Shown: positions 26,421 through 40,423 of the stretch, piece after piece
Layout of the letters: every line of letters starts with the position of its first letter
How positions within the stretch are numbered: the first letter of the stretch is position 1
Assembly (NCBI RefSeq): GCF_964355755.1
Contig: NC_092671.1
Location: 33,800,304 to 33,864,303 of the forward strand
Length of the DNA: 64,000 nucleotides
Direction of reading: 5' to 3'
Origin: Antedon mediterranea
Lineage: Eukaryota; Animalia; Echinodermata
The notes under the pieces: generated by a model
Told to the model about the DNA's origin: nothing
What the model saw: the letters and a program-made list of their open reading frames with translations, nothing else
The model's database searches: none
Position numbers and translations under genes: made by a program

Positions 26421-27379
26421 TTCATTATTGCCATCTGTCTTTCCAACTTTCGAATAAACGCACCATCAGGCCACAGCAGAGCATTAGTTAACGTTGTTAT
26501 TAATGTTGGTGTTGGTGTTATATATATCATTATAATTAACTTGTTAAACTGATTTGAAAAAAATATTCGACGGGACGGTAACACAATAGGCCTAAGTGGA
26601 GCAAACCGGGACAATGTCTGCACCATCGCAAAACCACCCAGATGGCAAAAGTTTCTTGCTAGAATTTCGTAGACAGACTAATCATATCTAGTTGGCCTAG
26701 CAATTTAAAAAAAAATTATACAATGAATATCAAGACACGTTTTTACCTGAAAAGTATTACTTATGTCTAAATAAGTTGCAATAAAATGCGTCCTCTCATT
26801 ATATTACCCATCGGCCTTTTCCCGCATACGTCTTGTGAAGTTAAGGAGGGAATAATTTCTATTCACGTACAACTTATCTTGTGTTTTTTAACGCAACATA
26901 CTATCATGCAATAATAGTGTAAAGTACTTACAGTTTAGCAGCCATGGTGATAGTGAACATCAATTAGTCTAAGTACGACTGGTTGGTGTATCTTTTTGAA
27001 AGACACTTTTATTTTATTTAAAAGGATAAATTAACATAAACATAAGATATAACACATGTTTTAAACATTATGCTTATATATAAAAAAAATCAATTTTGTA
27101 ATTGTCCTTATTCATATTATTTAGAATAATTCATTTAAATAGTGCTTAGTCTATAATTTAAATGTATAATTATAGTTTAAGTGGCTTTATTGTTAGTGTA
27201 TGCACAAAACAATTCTTTAGAAAAACAGTTTTATATGTGCAATGTTGCAATAATCCTTATTGTTATTATTCTAATATAATTAAATGAAATGATGCTTACG
27301 TGTGGTTTTTATATGTATATTGTGTGTGAAATGAGATTAATTATTATTATTATTATTATTATTACTATTAATACACACC

Positions 27380-28230
27380 TGTTGCAAGGATGTTTGTTTC
27401 CAAATATATATTAAATACATGCACAGAATGTATACTTCACTACATTGGTAATTGTTTCCATTACATTATGTAATACGGCGAACTTGGCTGGTCGCCTATT
27501 TCTGTTGTACAGGATAAACTTTTTCAATCGTATTTTATTGATGGATCACAATCGATGGCCAAAACTATTACTTACTTCTTTGCTTGACTTAAACTGTAAT
27601 TTTGATCTATTAAGTTATAAGATTGTAAATCACTTAGAAAACCTATTTACTAAAGGTAATGCAAATGATATATTTGAAAAATCGTAAAAACAAAGAAATT
27701 GTTAATTCACATTGAGTGTGCTCTCTTAAACAATCTCTCTTTGATTTATCAATTGCTAATTGGAGCCAAGAGTTAAATACAAAATCATCACTCAACGAAT
27801 ACAAATCTTAAAAAAAAACCTTGTCTTGAAACTTACCTTCTGGACAAAACAGATTTTATAGAAAACGTAACACACTTCCTATTTGAATGTCCTGCTTACG
27901 ACGACATTAGAAAAGAAGAAACCATGAGATTAAAACTACAATTGCAATCTTCTAACCTTAATCATATTATTTGGCACTTATTCATAAACTCTAATACTGA
28001 TGTTAAAATACACCTAACACTTGGAAGTGACTATCATGTATTCAGTAAAGAAACCCATCTAATACTTGATAAATTTTGCAAAATATATGCCAAAAGAGCA
28101 TTGAAAAAGCGCTCCGCAATTATCAATTAATAGATCTAGAGATTGTACCAGATTTCAGTTCTGTATTGCAGAGTAAGACCTGCATAGTGTAAATTTATGT
28201 TGTTGTTGTTTTTGTTTTGTTTTTTTTTAA
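27380..28230 (+). pseudogene. LINE ORF2 C-terminal/3' end relic
   Basis: RILLMDHNRWPK, LETYL, ENVTHFLFECPAYDDIR (cysteine-knuckle remnant); multiple stops. Confidence 0.65.
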
Positions 28231-28674
28231 CTGTAGGCCTATTAGTTGATTTTAAAATGCCTTGTAATTCATTTATTTCTTATGTTTAACTTTATAATGT
28301 AATTTGTTAATTTTGCAAATGTAATTTCTGTTCATTTTAGGCCTTTTATTTATATCTGTATTTTGTATCATCATTGTAAACAACACTTAACTGCTGCATG
28401 GAGACTTTAAATTTATATTTACAAAACTTTAAAAACACAATTAAATCAGGATTATAATTTGAGGTAAAATTGGTTAATAAAACACTAAAAATAAGATTAA
28501 ATATTAAAATTAGGAAAATCGAAATAATAATAAAAAATAATACTACTTTAAGTAAATAACAAATAAAGATCATAACTCATAACATAATTAAATGATATAC
28601 AGTATTAACAAGAACATAAATACTAAAATAATAATAAACAATATAATACAGTATTTAAATTAAATGACATTTTT

Positions 28675-29486
28675 TGTCGCGTGGAAGCGACTCTATAGTT
28701 CACTATGTCGGTCGGTCGGTCTGTCTGTCTGTCTGTCTGTCGGTCTGTCTGTCGGTCTGTCTGTCTGTCTGTCTGTCGGTCCGGTATCACTATGCGTTTT
28801 ATCGCTTTATGACCTTATCTTGATATCAGTTTAATCTAGCTAAGTCAATTTTTCACAGAATATTCCTTATGGCCAGGAATCGATGTGGTTATGTTTTCAC
28901 GGTGTGCAATAAAAAATTACGCGGTCTACGCACGATTTAACGAAATCACGTTTGTAATCATATCTTAACAACCATGAATCACAATTAAATAAAATTTGGT
29001 ACTCATAAATTTCAGGGCATAAATCATCATATGGCAATACAATTACGTGCGTAGCGCATGTAACGCATGCGTAAGCGCGCTTAAAATTTTCAAAATTTAT
29101 TTTCGATGAAATAAGAGTACGTTTCAGGCAATTTTAAGCGTTTACAAAATTGCCATGAGTGCGCAGATTTTTGCGCGCGCACTGCGCGTTAAATGTTATT
29201 GCGCACTCTTCTTGCCCGATTTCTGTTTTCTTGACTTACTTTTCAACTCGAAATTACGTTATACGAGCACGTCAAAAGTGACAGGCTACGCACGTGTAAA
29301 TTAAAAAAATATAAATGTTTTTAAACATTTCAACATTTTTAAACATGTTCAGTAATTTCGGTCAGTATAGTTCACTATGTGGGTCGGTCCGTCTGTCTGT
29401 CGGTCTGTCTGTCTGTCGGTCTGTTTGTCTGTCGGTCCGGTATCACTATGCATTGTAGCACACGACTTAATGGCTGTTGGCCTTGT
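28675..29486 (+). mobile_element. HINE family 1, copy 2
   Basis: Near-identical reverse complement of 17707-18508, inserted in a T run. Confidence 0.88.
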
Positions 29487-29587
29487 TAATAATATGTCTA
29501 ATAATATTTTCTTTAAAAATAACATATTAATAACATTGATAATAATACTAATAATAAATAATAACACTCCATCAATGTTACGTATTG

Positions 29588-30376
29588 TTATGGCAAGCCT
29601 CAGCTGTCTGAAGTATTCAAAATATTATATTATTATATCATTTTTTTATTATATTATATATTTTATTGTAATGAATTATACGTTTTGCATTATATTACTT
29701 GGTTTTAGCATTATATTATATCTATTTCTAATATATTATGTGAAAAATGTAACAAATTACTGACTTTTTGTATTATATTATTTGGTTTTGGCATTATATT
29801 ATGAACATTTACTATTATATTATTAATAAAATACATTATATTATAATATAATTGTATTATATTAAACGCATTTACCTTACTTTATAACATACAACATTAT
29901 TATATTATACGGATTCGTTAGTTATATTATTATTTTGTATGATGTTTATTATACGTCACGGCTTATTTCACTTCTTCTAACTCTTGCTCTCCCTCCCCCT
30001 GTTCACTAGCAATCAGCGGCAGAATCTGAATTGTGTGACTGTTGAAGAATAATTAATTATCTTTACTACGTACTAGGCCTAGGCCTAGGCCTACTAGGGG
30101 ATCTAGCATAGACGTAGCTAGTTAGACAAGTGACCAAGGACCACCGGACAGCTACAACTAATACTACAATACAATAATATTACTACAATAACTACTACTG
30201 CTACTACCTAGGCCTAGCTAGCAGAGTACTAGCTACTAGCTAGGTAGCTACTACTAGGCGCTAGGGCGTATGTGTGATATTAACTACTACTAGGCCTACT
30301 AGTACTAGGCCTAGGCTAAGCCTAGACTTAAGTTGTAGTAGGTAGGCTAGGGCCGGGCCTGCTGCCTTAGGCTAGG

Positions 30377-30415
<39 letters not shown>

Positions 30416-33400
30416 GGCAGCCAGCCCATAAGCCAAAATGTTGGATTTTTAAGTAAACCAAAATTTGGGTACAACAAGCGAGTTGGCATGGCATGGCCCG
30501 GGTACAGGTTGACCTGTATCCTTCTAGCTAATCGTACTAGGCCTAGTCCTCAAGTAAGTCTACGCTACCCAGTCCGGCTACAATATGGTCTATTTTGTTT
30601 TATAGCTTTATTAATACCAAGTCTCATAAATCTCTACTGTATTTGTCCAAGCTACTCCAGCTACATGGTATTGCCTTGAGGCTAAACTACACGGTATACT
30701 GGCACTACCATCATTCCTGGCTCGTCAACCTGGACCACATAAGCACAGTTTCAGTTTATTACCATTTCAATTTCTGAACATAAGAGATGAACAACTTATA
30801 TGGATGGATAACCGTAAGAGCGAAGCTCGTTTACCGGTCAACCGTTAGTGCAGGACATGTCTACACTTGTGTTTGCAACCCCTTGGATAAAATAATATTA
30901 TTTATATAAAGGAGAAAGTTAGATATTATAATATTTCTTTTCGAGCATACAATGATAATTTTAAAATTACTTCCTAAGAAGTCATACTACTGATTCAAAA
31001 TAGTGACTTACACCCTGTGGTCAAGGCTTTATTTTATATTATGCTTATTTCCTCCAACATACAGAGTACATAGGACTTTCCACACAGATAGTTCCATATA
31101 TACAGTACTCTTTTATAAATAGATGTATCTCTCCAAACTACTCCCAACTACCTAATCTAATAATAGTACTATTAGCATACTATATACTATACACTTTGTA
31201 GACAATAAATAAATTGTATACACCTAGAGGACTTATGGTAGTACAGTCGATCGCCCTCTCACTGGCCCGGTCAACATAATCTATACCTAAATTATTACAG
31301 TAATTAAAGTACATTATTACTGAGATATATTTTTTTTTTCAGAAGTCAAAGTTATGTGTATAGAAAGCAGTACTCGTATTAAAAACTAAGCATTTTGCAG
31401 GTCACTTGAACGCAAACTGGCAGGATATTTTTTATTGTTGAAATGAATTGAATCCTAACTTATTTTCTACGAACTGGAGACAAAGACATATTATGACCTT
31501 TTTATTTAAATGTATTTGAATAGACCTCCATGTAAAGTCATTAAAGGCCACATGATTGTTTTATATTTTAATATGTGATACTAATAGTAGAAAATTATTG
31601 TGTATAATGAGGACTAAGAATCTGATATTCACTTTCATTCTCATCTTTTTAAAATGTTATTTATAATGCTGGTAATGAGTTTAAAATTTAATTATATTGA
31701 CTAGTTTTGATAATCATTATGTCCATATAAATTAATTTATATTTCTGTTGTGTAATATAGTTCATATATTATGTATTAAATAAATTGGTAAGGCCCTATA
31801 CTGTTATTATTTAAAGAAAGTTTATATACACTTATTTTATGCCTACCAATATTAGTATAATTGTTTATATAAATATTTTGTCTAATTGCCTTTATTTTTT
31901 GTATAGGCCAATGGCATCAATGTTTTTCTCAAAGCAAATTAGCCTAATAATGCCATACTTAGACACATGATTCATTGATTTCTGATATTCTGTACTTGTG
32001 TATGCATTACTAAAATAACCTAGTAGTTAATATATTTCATTTGTAATGTATGTATAAACATTCAGTTTTTTTCACATTTTTAAATTTAAACATACATACA
32101 TATATTACTCATTAATTAATAATAATTATTAATAAATTAATAGAAAACTAGAGAGGGCACTTTTCGACAAGAAAATGAATGTTTTTTTATGTGCGTTATT
32201 TTTCCGCTCGAGTTTATTCAATGTACTGTAATATACACTGCTATACTATTTTATTGGAAAGTAATTATTTTTGTGTGAATCTTCTTGGAGTTGTTTGAAA
32301 GCGTATCCGCTTACTTCTTTTCTTCAGAAAACATCTAATTTAGGTCTTAAAGTGACAACTATACACCTCACACCACCAACTTCCAACACACTAGTTTCTG
32401 CCCACACACACTTCATCTCCTGAACTAACATAGTACAGTATAAGTCAAATTAATTGTTTTAATTTTTTTTTTATTGCTGCCTCAAAAAATATTATATAAT
32501 AGTAACAATATCAGAAAGGTAGATAGGTATTGTAATAATTTTTAAATTTAAAAATGTTTAAAGAAATATGAATATATGTTTATACATACATTATAAAATA
32601 ATATTAACTACTATTTTAGTAATGCATACACAAGTACAGAATATCAGAAATCAATGAATCATGTATCTAAATATGGCATTATTAGGCTAATTTGCGTTGA
32701 GAAAAACATTGATGCCATTGGCCTATACAAAAAATCAAGACAATTAGACAAAATATTTACATAAACAATTAATACTAATATTGGTAGGCATTTAAATAAT
32801 AGTGTATATAAACTTTCCTTAAATAATAACAGTATAGGGCCTTACCAATTTAATTAATACATAATATATGAACTATATTACACAAAAGAAATATAAATGA
32901 ATTTATAAGGACATGATGATTATCAAAAATAGTCAATATAATTAAATTTTAAACTCATTACCAGCATTATAAATAATAATTTAAAAAGATGAGAATGCAA
33001 GTAAATATCAGATTCATAGTCCTTATTATACACAATGATTTTCTACTATCACATATTAAAATATAAAACAATCATGTAGCCTTTAATGACTTTACATGGA
33101 GGTCTATTCAAATGAATTTAAATAAAAGGGTCATAATATGTCTTCGTCTCCAGTTCGTAGAAAATTAAGTTAGGATTCAATTCATTTCAACAATAAAAAA
33201 TATCCTGCCAGTTTGCGTTCAAGACCTGGAACCTGCTTAGTTTTTAATACGAGTACTGCTTTCTATACACATAACTTTGAATTCTGCAAAAAAAAAAAAA
33301 ATCTCTGTAATAATGTACTTTAATGACTGTAATAATTAGATTAGGTAGTTGGGAGTAGTTTGGAGAGATACATCTATTTATAAAAGAGTACTGTATATAT

Positions 33401-35296
33401 GGAACTATCTGTGTTAGCCGCCTTTGTATTTTTAGATATAATACCAATAGGTACTATATATTGGGAAACAATTCAACAGTTATGAATAAAAAAGTCCTAT
33501 GTACTCTGTATGTTGGAGGAAATAAGCATAAGAGCAAATAAAGCCTTGACCAAAGGGTGTAAGTCACTACAGTATTTTGAATCAGTAGTATTACTTCTTA
33601 AGAAGTAATTTAAGAATTATCATTGTATGATCAAAAAGAAATATTATAATATCTAACTTTCTAATTTTATCCAAAGGGTTGCAAACACAAGTGTTCACAT
33701 GTCTTGTTATGTATTGCACCTTTGTCCTGTCTTTATGTTGTCTGTAATGCCACTGCACTAACGGGTGACCGGTAAACGAGCTTCGCTCTTACGGTTATCC
33801 ATCCATATAAGTTGTTCATCTCTTATGTTCATAAATTGAAATGGTAAATAAACGGAAACTGAAACTGCGCTTATGTGGTCCAGGTTGACGAGCCAGGAAT
33901 GATGGTAGTGCCAGTATACCGTGTAGTTTAGCCTCAAGGCAATACCATGTAGTTGGAGTAGCTTGGACAAACACAGTAGAGATTTATGAGACTTGGTGTG
34001 TGATGATTCAGTATGATAAATTTGTGCTGTGAAAGACAAAATTATAGAATTATGAAGAAAATATTGTAAAATATAACAAGGAAATTATACTATACCGGTA
34101 GTATAATTAAGGGGTAACCGTATAATATATAATTAATAATAATAAATGCAATGTCAATTAGGGCCTACTTATATTATGTATACATTACAATATTACAAAT
34201 AAATTCATATATTATTTTATTATGATAAGGAAATCTGTTTTAGAATGAGAAAAAGCCGTCCCAACCCAGATTTGAACCCAGCTATCAATAAAGCTATAAA
34301 ACAAAATAGACCATATTGTAGCCGGACTGGGTAGCGTAGACTTACTTGAGGACTAGTACGATTAGCTAGAATGATACAGGTCAACCCGTACCAATGCCAA
34401 CTCGCTCATACCCAAATTTTGGTTTACTTATATCCAAAATTTTGGCTTACTCGTACCCATCATGGGCTGGCTGCCTAGTAGTAGTAGTAGTAGCCTAGCC
34501 TAAGGCAGCAGGCCCGGCTCTAGCCTACTACAACTTAAGTCTAGGCCTAGCTTAGTACTAGTAGGCCTAGCCTAGGCCTAGTACTAGTAGTTAATATCAT
34601 ACATACGCCCTACGAGCCTAGTAGTAGCTACCGGATCCGTAGCTACCTACTCTACTAGCTAGGCCTAGGTAGTAGCAGTAGTAGTTATTGTTTGTAGTAG
34701 TATTATTGTATTGTAGTATTAGTTGTAGCTGTCCGGTGGTCCTTGGTCACTTGTCTAACTAGCTACGTCTAGGCTAGATCCCCTGGTAGGCCTAGGCCCT
34801 AGGCTAGGCCTAGTACGTAGTAAAGATAATAGTTATTCTTCGACAGTCACACAATTCAGATTCTGCCGCTGATTGCTAGTGAACAGGGGGAGGGAGAGAA
34901 AGAGTTAGAAGAACTGAAATAAGCCGTGACGTATAATAAACATCATACAAAATAATAATATAACTAACGAATCCGTATAATATAATAATGTTGTATGTTA
35001 TAAAGTAAGGTAAATGCGTTTAATATAATACAATTATATTATAATATAAGGTATTTTATTAATAATATAATAGTAAATGTTCATAATATAATGCCAAAAC
35101 CGAATAATATAATACAAAAAGTCCATAATTTGTTACATTTTTCACATAATATATTATAAATAGATATAATATAATGCTAAAACCAAGTAATATAACGCAA
35201 AACGTAAAATTCATTACAATACAATATATAATATAATAAAAAATGATATAATAATATAATATTTTGAATACTTCAGACAGCTGAGGCTTGCCATAA
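29588..35296. mobile_element. Foldback-type element / 5.7-kb inverted repeat (arms ~29588-32090 and ~32541-35296, spacer ~450 bp)
   Basis: The ends ttatggcaagcctcagctgtctgaag and cttcagacagctgaggcttgccataa are reverse complements, and the arms are colinear with small indels. No clear TSD or coding capacity. Confidence 0.85.
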
Positions 35297-35642
35297 ACGT
35301 GTGCCGCCGATTTAAAGGCGTATGTTCAATAAAGTTATTATTATTATTATGTTTTGATACGATAACCAATTAGTATTCTTTCTTTCTTCAGGATTTGGCA
35401 TTCCACTGCAGAACGTACCCCTCCTCCCAAAATCCCCATTTACTTCTCTCTTATATGCAAATCTCAACCAGATGTTTTTATATTTCAATCATCTGTACAT
35501 CATTTTTTTTTTGCATTTAGTATTACAATAGTATCATTGTTATTTTCATATTATACTTTTATTTCTTATTAGATAGGGTATGCCGTACAATACAGGTATA
35601 TAAACAGAAACAACTAATAGTTATAACTGTTTGTATTTCTGT

Positions 35643-37340
35643 GTGACCTGCTCTGGCAAAGTAAAACAAAAGTCGAAAATTTAAATTTTTCAGATTTGTA
35701 TTCTATCTGGTAGGAAATGTTATATCCTTTACAATGATACCAAACTTAATATTTAACATGAAGGGGATCCTGAGATATTGTATGTTAAGTCGAAGCATAA
35801 AGAAATATACAAATAACAGTTTTGAGAAAATCATGATTGAATGTCAATGTTATTTTATAAAACAACAACACAAATTAATGTTTGTTAATCTAATAGTGTA
35901 TACTTTCTAAGTATCACACATTCACAAAATACGATACAATGAAATGTTTTTTGGTAGAATATTGATTACTGTCACAATGCATACAAAAAAATATTTCCAC
36001 ATTCTATGTTAAGTACATACTTGTGTTTCTTTTAAGCACTTACTTAAAATGGTAAAAAAGGAGGTAAATTAATGTTTTTACACTAAAAAAACTGTATTAT
36101 TCTTTAAAAATTAATTAAATGTATACAATAAATTAAGTTATATAACATTGAATACCATTTCTTGAACGACTGGATTTAAGTACGTTCTTAAAAGTGTACT
36201 TACATAATTTAAATTTTACTTGTGTAGTGCCTGCTAATTAGATAACAAATACAACTTAAATAACATGTTGCCTATGATTGCTTTAATCAATTAAATAATG
36301 GATATGTTAAGCACATACTAATGTATTAAGTTTGTTTTAAGCATTTACTTAAAATTGTGTAATGTTTATGAAATTATGTTGGTGTAAGTGCATAATAATA
36401 GCCTACAATAACATGAATTAATACAATACTTATTATGTAAAAACAATAAATATGGTAGGCCTATGTGGTATGTAGGCAAATAACAGTGCCACCTAGGCCT
36501 AGCCTACCTATCCTAGCTAGGCCTATTTGACCTGCTACTAACCTACCTAGCTAGCCGGCCTAGCTAGGCCTAGCTATTCTAGTCTAGGCCTAGACCTGCT
36601 ACTCTAGGCTAGGATAGGTAGGCCTAGAAGGACCCAGCCTGGAGTCCAAAGGACTACTTAGTAGGCCTAGGCTAGTCACTACACTGGCTGTAATAATTTA
36701 ATATCATAGGTCCTTTGCTACTCTCATTATTTTGGTGTTTTTTAGTCATTGTATTTGGCCTAGGACTAGGCCTAGACTAGATCCATCGATTATCCTTAAT
36801 CTGAATTGTTTACACTCTCCTCTCCGCGTAGAAAGTAAACAGGTCAAACGTCATTTTTAGGATAAGCCAATTACAGTAGTACTGTATTTCTACTACGCGC
36901 TAGCCATTACGTGGCGTATCCTTGACAACAGATTTCTGTTGTTTAAAAATCACGTCAAATAAGCTTCTTACCTCCTCTAATTCCCGCTGAAGAAGCCAAA
37001 TATATTGAAAACCACTTGAAATACCCACTGAATATGGCTTATGAATATTTAAATTTTCAGACTTTACCATGTTTTTAAAGGTAGCTATACAAATATTTTC
37101 ATAAACTGCACAGTTTTCTAACAGTGTTTCATGCACTTTATTTCATTTTTTGCCACAAAATGAAATCAAGACAAAAAAGGTACTCATTAAAATCACTTAT
37201 TTAGCCCCTTTTTAAACTTAATTCACACAAAATGAAACTTGATCTTGATTCTTAAATAGTTGTAGATTCCAAAAAGGGGAACATCCTATTTTCACCAAGA
37301 TAGTGATTTTAACGTAAATATTACTTCTATGGGTCATTAC
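35643..37340. mobile_element. Probable non-autonomous DNA transposon starting TGTGACC
   Basis: Begins where homology to 9520-9710 breaks off. Only a weak right end (gggtcat near 37331). Family not assigned. Confidence 0.3.
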
Positions 37341-38312
37341 ACTGAATACACCAGCCCTAGGCCTTCTAGGCGGGCTGGGCCTGGGCATAATTAATAATAA
37401 ATGAATCATTTAATCTAATAAATTCACCCAATAGATGTATGATTCCTTCAGTGCATTCATTAAACGCCATTTTTACTCTGATTTCTCTCTCGAAGGGACG
37501 GACGGGACATTCTAGCCACGCCTCATCTCCTCCTCTCTGATTCAAGATTAAATTTAATTTGTCAATTAAAATGGAAATAATATGAGTACATTTTCAAAAT
37601 GTTATAATGTATATTAATAAAAGTATTACTATTAACAATATTTATATTATTTAAAACAATCAATATATTAAAAACAGACTTGAATACTACACATAACAGG
37701 GATACAACATTTTAAAAGCAACAAGAACATCAAAAATACTATAAACATTACATTATACAGGTTCCAATAATTAGTTAAAATATGCGATAAAACTGGCTAA
37801 AAGAATAAATAAAAATTCTGACTTTACTATGCTTAAGAGAGATGCGCGATGTGTAAAAACTCAACACGTGCGATGTGTAAAAACTCAACACGCGCGATGA
37901 CGTGTATAAACTCGATTCGCGCGATGTGTAAAAACTCAACACGCGCGATGTGTAAAAACTCAACACGCGCGATGTGTAAAAACTCAACACGAGAGCGATG
38001 TCAACATAACTCGCCATTTACACTAGATACGATAACGACACGATAACGACACGGTGACGACACGATAAATTGGGTTCCGTGTTGTAGAATATAAACGTTT
38101 ACATTAGAACCGTCTCCGACAACCGTGTCGTGTACGGGAAAAAATCGGTCGTACTGAATGGGTTTACAACCCATTTTTCACGACACGACACACGACACGA
38201 TTTTATAATAGCCAATCAGGATGGACCTGTAATGTCAAAGTTCAAAATAACAGCGCTTAAAAATCAAAACCACAGACGACGTCACTTGGTTTGTGCACCG
38301 CGACGTTTAAAA

Positions 38313-40336
38313 ATGGTACGTAAATTGAGCAACAAATTTAATAGAATACACAGTTTATTAACCTTAATTGAACCAATATCTTACGTGCTATCATCTTATG
38401 AAAAAGTCATTGGTTTAGATACGCTATTTATAAAAGCCTGACCTAGCTAGGCCTAGGCTAGATAGAAAGGAGTAGGCTAGCCAAGGCCCAGCTAGGCCTA
38501 GTAGGCCTATGCCTAGGCCCTAGGCCTACCTAGACTAGGCCTAGGTCTAGGCTAGACCTAAGCGCGCCTAGACTGGGGCCTAGTAAATGTATACCTATAT
38601 ATGCATTACATTGACTGACGATGGATATGGCTAGCAAGCAGCAGCAGGCCTGTGATATGCTACATTTGGTAGTAGGCCTCCTAGCTAGGCTAGTGGTGGG
38701 GGCTTAACTAGCTATAGGCTTAGGCCTATATATAAACTGTTATATGGTACAGTACTACTATTACTAGGCCTGTAGGCTAATACTATATTATTATATAGTA
38801 GTATTGTTATTAGCCTAGCTAGGTCTAGGCCAGCTATACAATTAAATAATAATACTATTAAGCCTAGCTTGGGCCTAGATAGAGGCTACGCCTATAGATT
38901 AGGCCTAATATGTGTATTATTTAAAATATCTAAAGTAGTAGTAGGCTAGGCCCAAGTAGGGCACAGGCTATGTAATGCCAATAAAATACATTTTAATTTG
39001 TTTTTTTAGAACATCGAACAATTAATTTTGCTTGTGCAGCAGAATAAAATATTGTACGACAAAAGTAGTAATGAGTATACTGTAAGCAAGACAAACAAAA
39101 AGCAGATGTCTGGAAAGCTATTGGGGACGAGGTTGGCGTAGATGGTTTAATTTAATTTGTTTAAACTTTATTTCGTCCACATAGGAAAATATTTTGAGTG
39201 CTTTTCACAAAATTGTACAAAAATTTATAAAAACGTTTCATATAAAAAAAATTAATTACAATATTTAAAAACACTATATATTATTTAACAATGTACAAGT
39301 ATGAACATAAGACTACAATTAACTAAATAAAAAATAAAAAGCTGCAATACATCAAAAATTTCAAAAATTATGCAAAATCATTTAACAGTCTAATAGAATA
39401 CGGAACAAAAGAATTAAAATATCGCATAAGTAAGTAAGTAAGTAAGTAAGTAAGTCAACAACTAATATGCCTATATCAAGGCATAACAATATGCCTTGCG
39501 TGAGGCATGATGGAGTGAGGCAAGTAATTGCTAAATCATAAAAAGTTATGTTATGTAATAACAATATGATGACTCTATAATATTTGACATATGTATATTG
39601 TTGTATCACAGGTGAATCGGCAAAGAAACAAGGCCAACAGCCATTAAGTCGCGTGCTACAATGCATAGTGATACCGGACCGACAGACAAACAGACCGACA
39701 GACAGACAGACCGACAGACAGACGGACCGACCGACATAGTGAACTATACTGGCCGAAATTACTGAACATGTTTAAAAATGTTGAAATGTTTAAAAACATT
39801 TATATTTTTTTAATTTACACGTGCGTAGCCTGTCACTTTTGACGTGCTCGTATAACGTAATTTCGAGTTGAAAAGTAAGTCAAGAAAACAGAAATCGGGC
39901 AAAAAGAGTGCGCAATAACATTTAACGCGTAGTGCGCGCGCAAAAATCTGCGCACTCATGGCAATTTTGTAAACGCTTAAAATTGCCTGAAACGTACTCT
40001 TATTTCATCGAAAATAAATTTTGAAAATTTTAGGCGCGCGTACGCATGCGTTACATGCGCTACGCACGTAATTGTATTGCCATATGATGATTTATGCCCT
40101 GAAATTTATGAGTACCAAATTTTATTTAATTGTGATTCATGGTTGTTAAGATATGATTACAAACGTGATTTCGTTAAATCGTGCGTAGACCGCGTAATTT
40201 TTTATTGCGCACCGTGAAAACATAACCACATCGATTCCTCGCCATAAGGAATATTCTGTGAAAAATTGATTTAGCTAGATTAAACTGATATCAAGATAAG
40301 GTCATAAAGCGATAAAACGCATAGTGATACCGGACC

Positions 40337-40371
<35 letters not shown>

Positions 40372-40384
40372 CGACAGACAGACC

Positions 40385-40423
<39 letters not shown>

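Larger units (their letters stand above)
24183..26945 (-). pseudogene. Secreted-precursor gene B (microexon family); exons 26945-26932, 24700-24621, 24532-24413, 24193-24183
   Basis: Splices to MAAKL-RMQTLVVVFLVLFLFQAEFGQCQDND-VIQRKIFNWKPLDFLLNPATFCQYIFLE*ANNCSKSKNPP-VCLE. Splice sites are canonical, phases 2/1/1 are consistent, and the signal peptide is clear. One in-frame TAA in exon 3. Confidence 0.68.

Noticed and set aside
29349-29763. ORFs of 128 aa and 72 aa with hydrophobic or repetitive content
   Set aside because: They span the HINE (GTCY)n tract and the AT-rich foldback end, so they are chance frames.
30488-34039. Repeated ORFs (...SHKSLLYLSKLLQLHGIALRLNY...) in both foldback arms
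   Set aside because: They recur only because of the inverted repeat, have no recognisable domain, and the frame is not kept in the third copy near 6000.
37845-38006. Regular ~21-bp repeats resembling a CRISPR array
   Set aside because: Head-to-tail minisatellite with no unique spacers and no cas genes, in a eukaryotic context.
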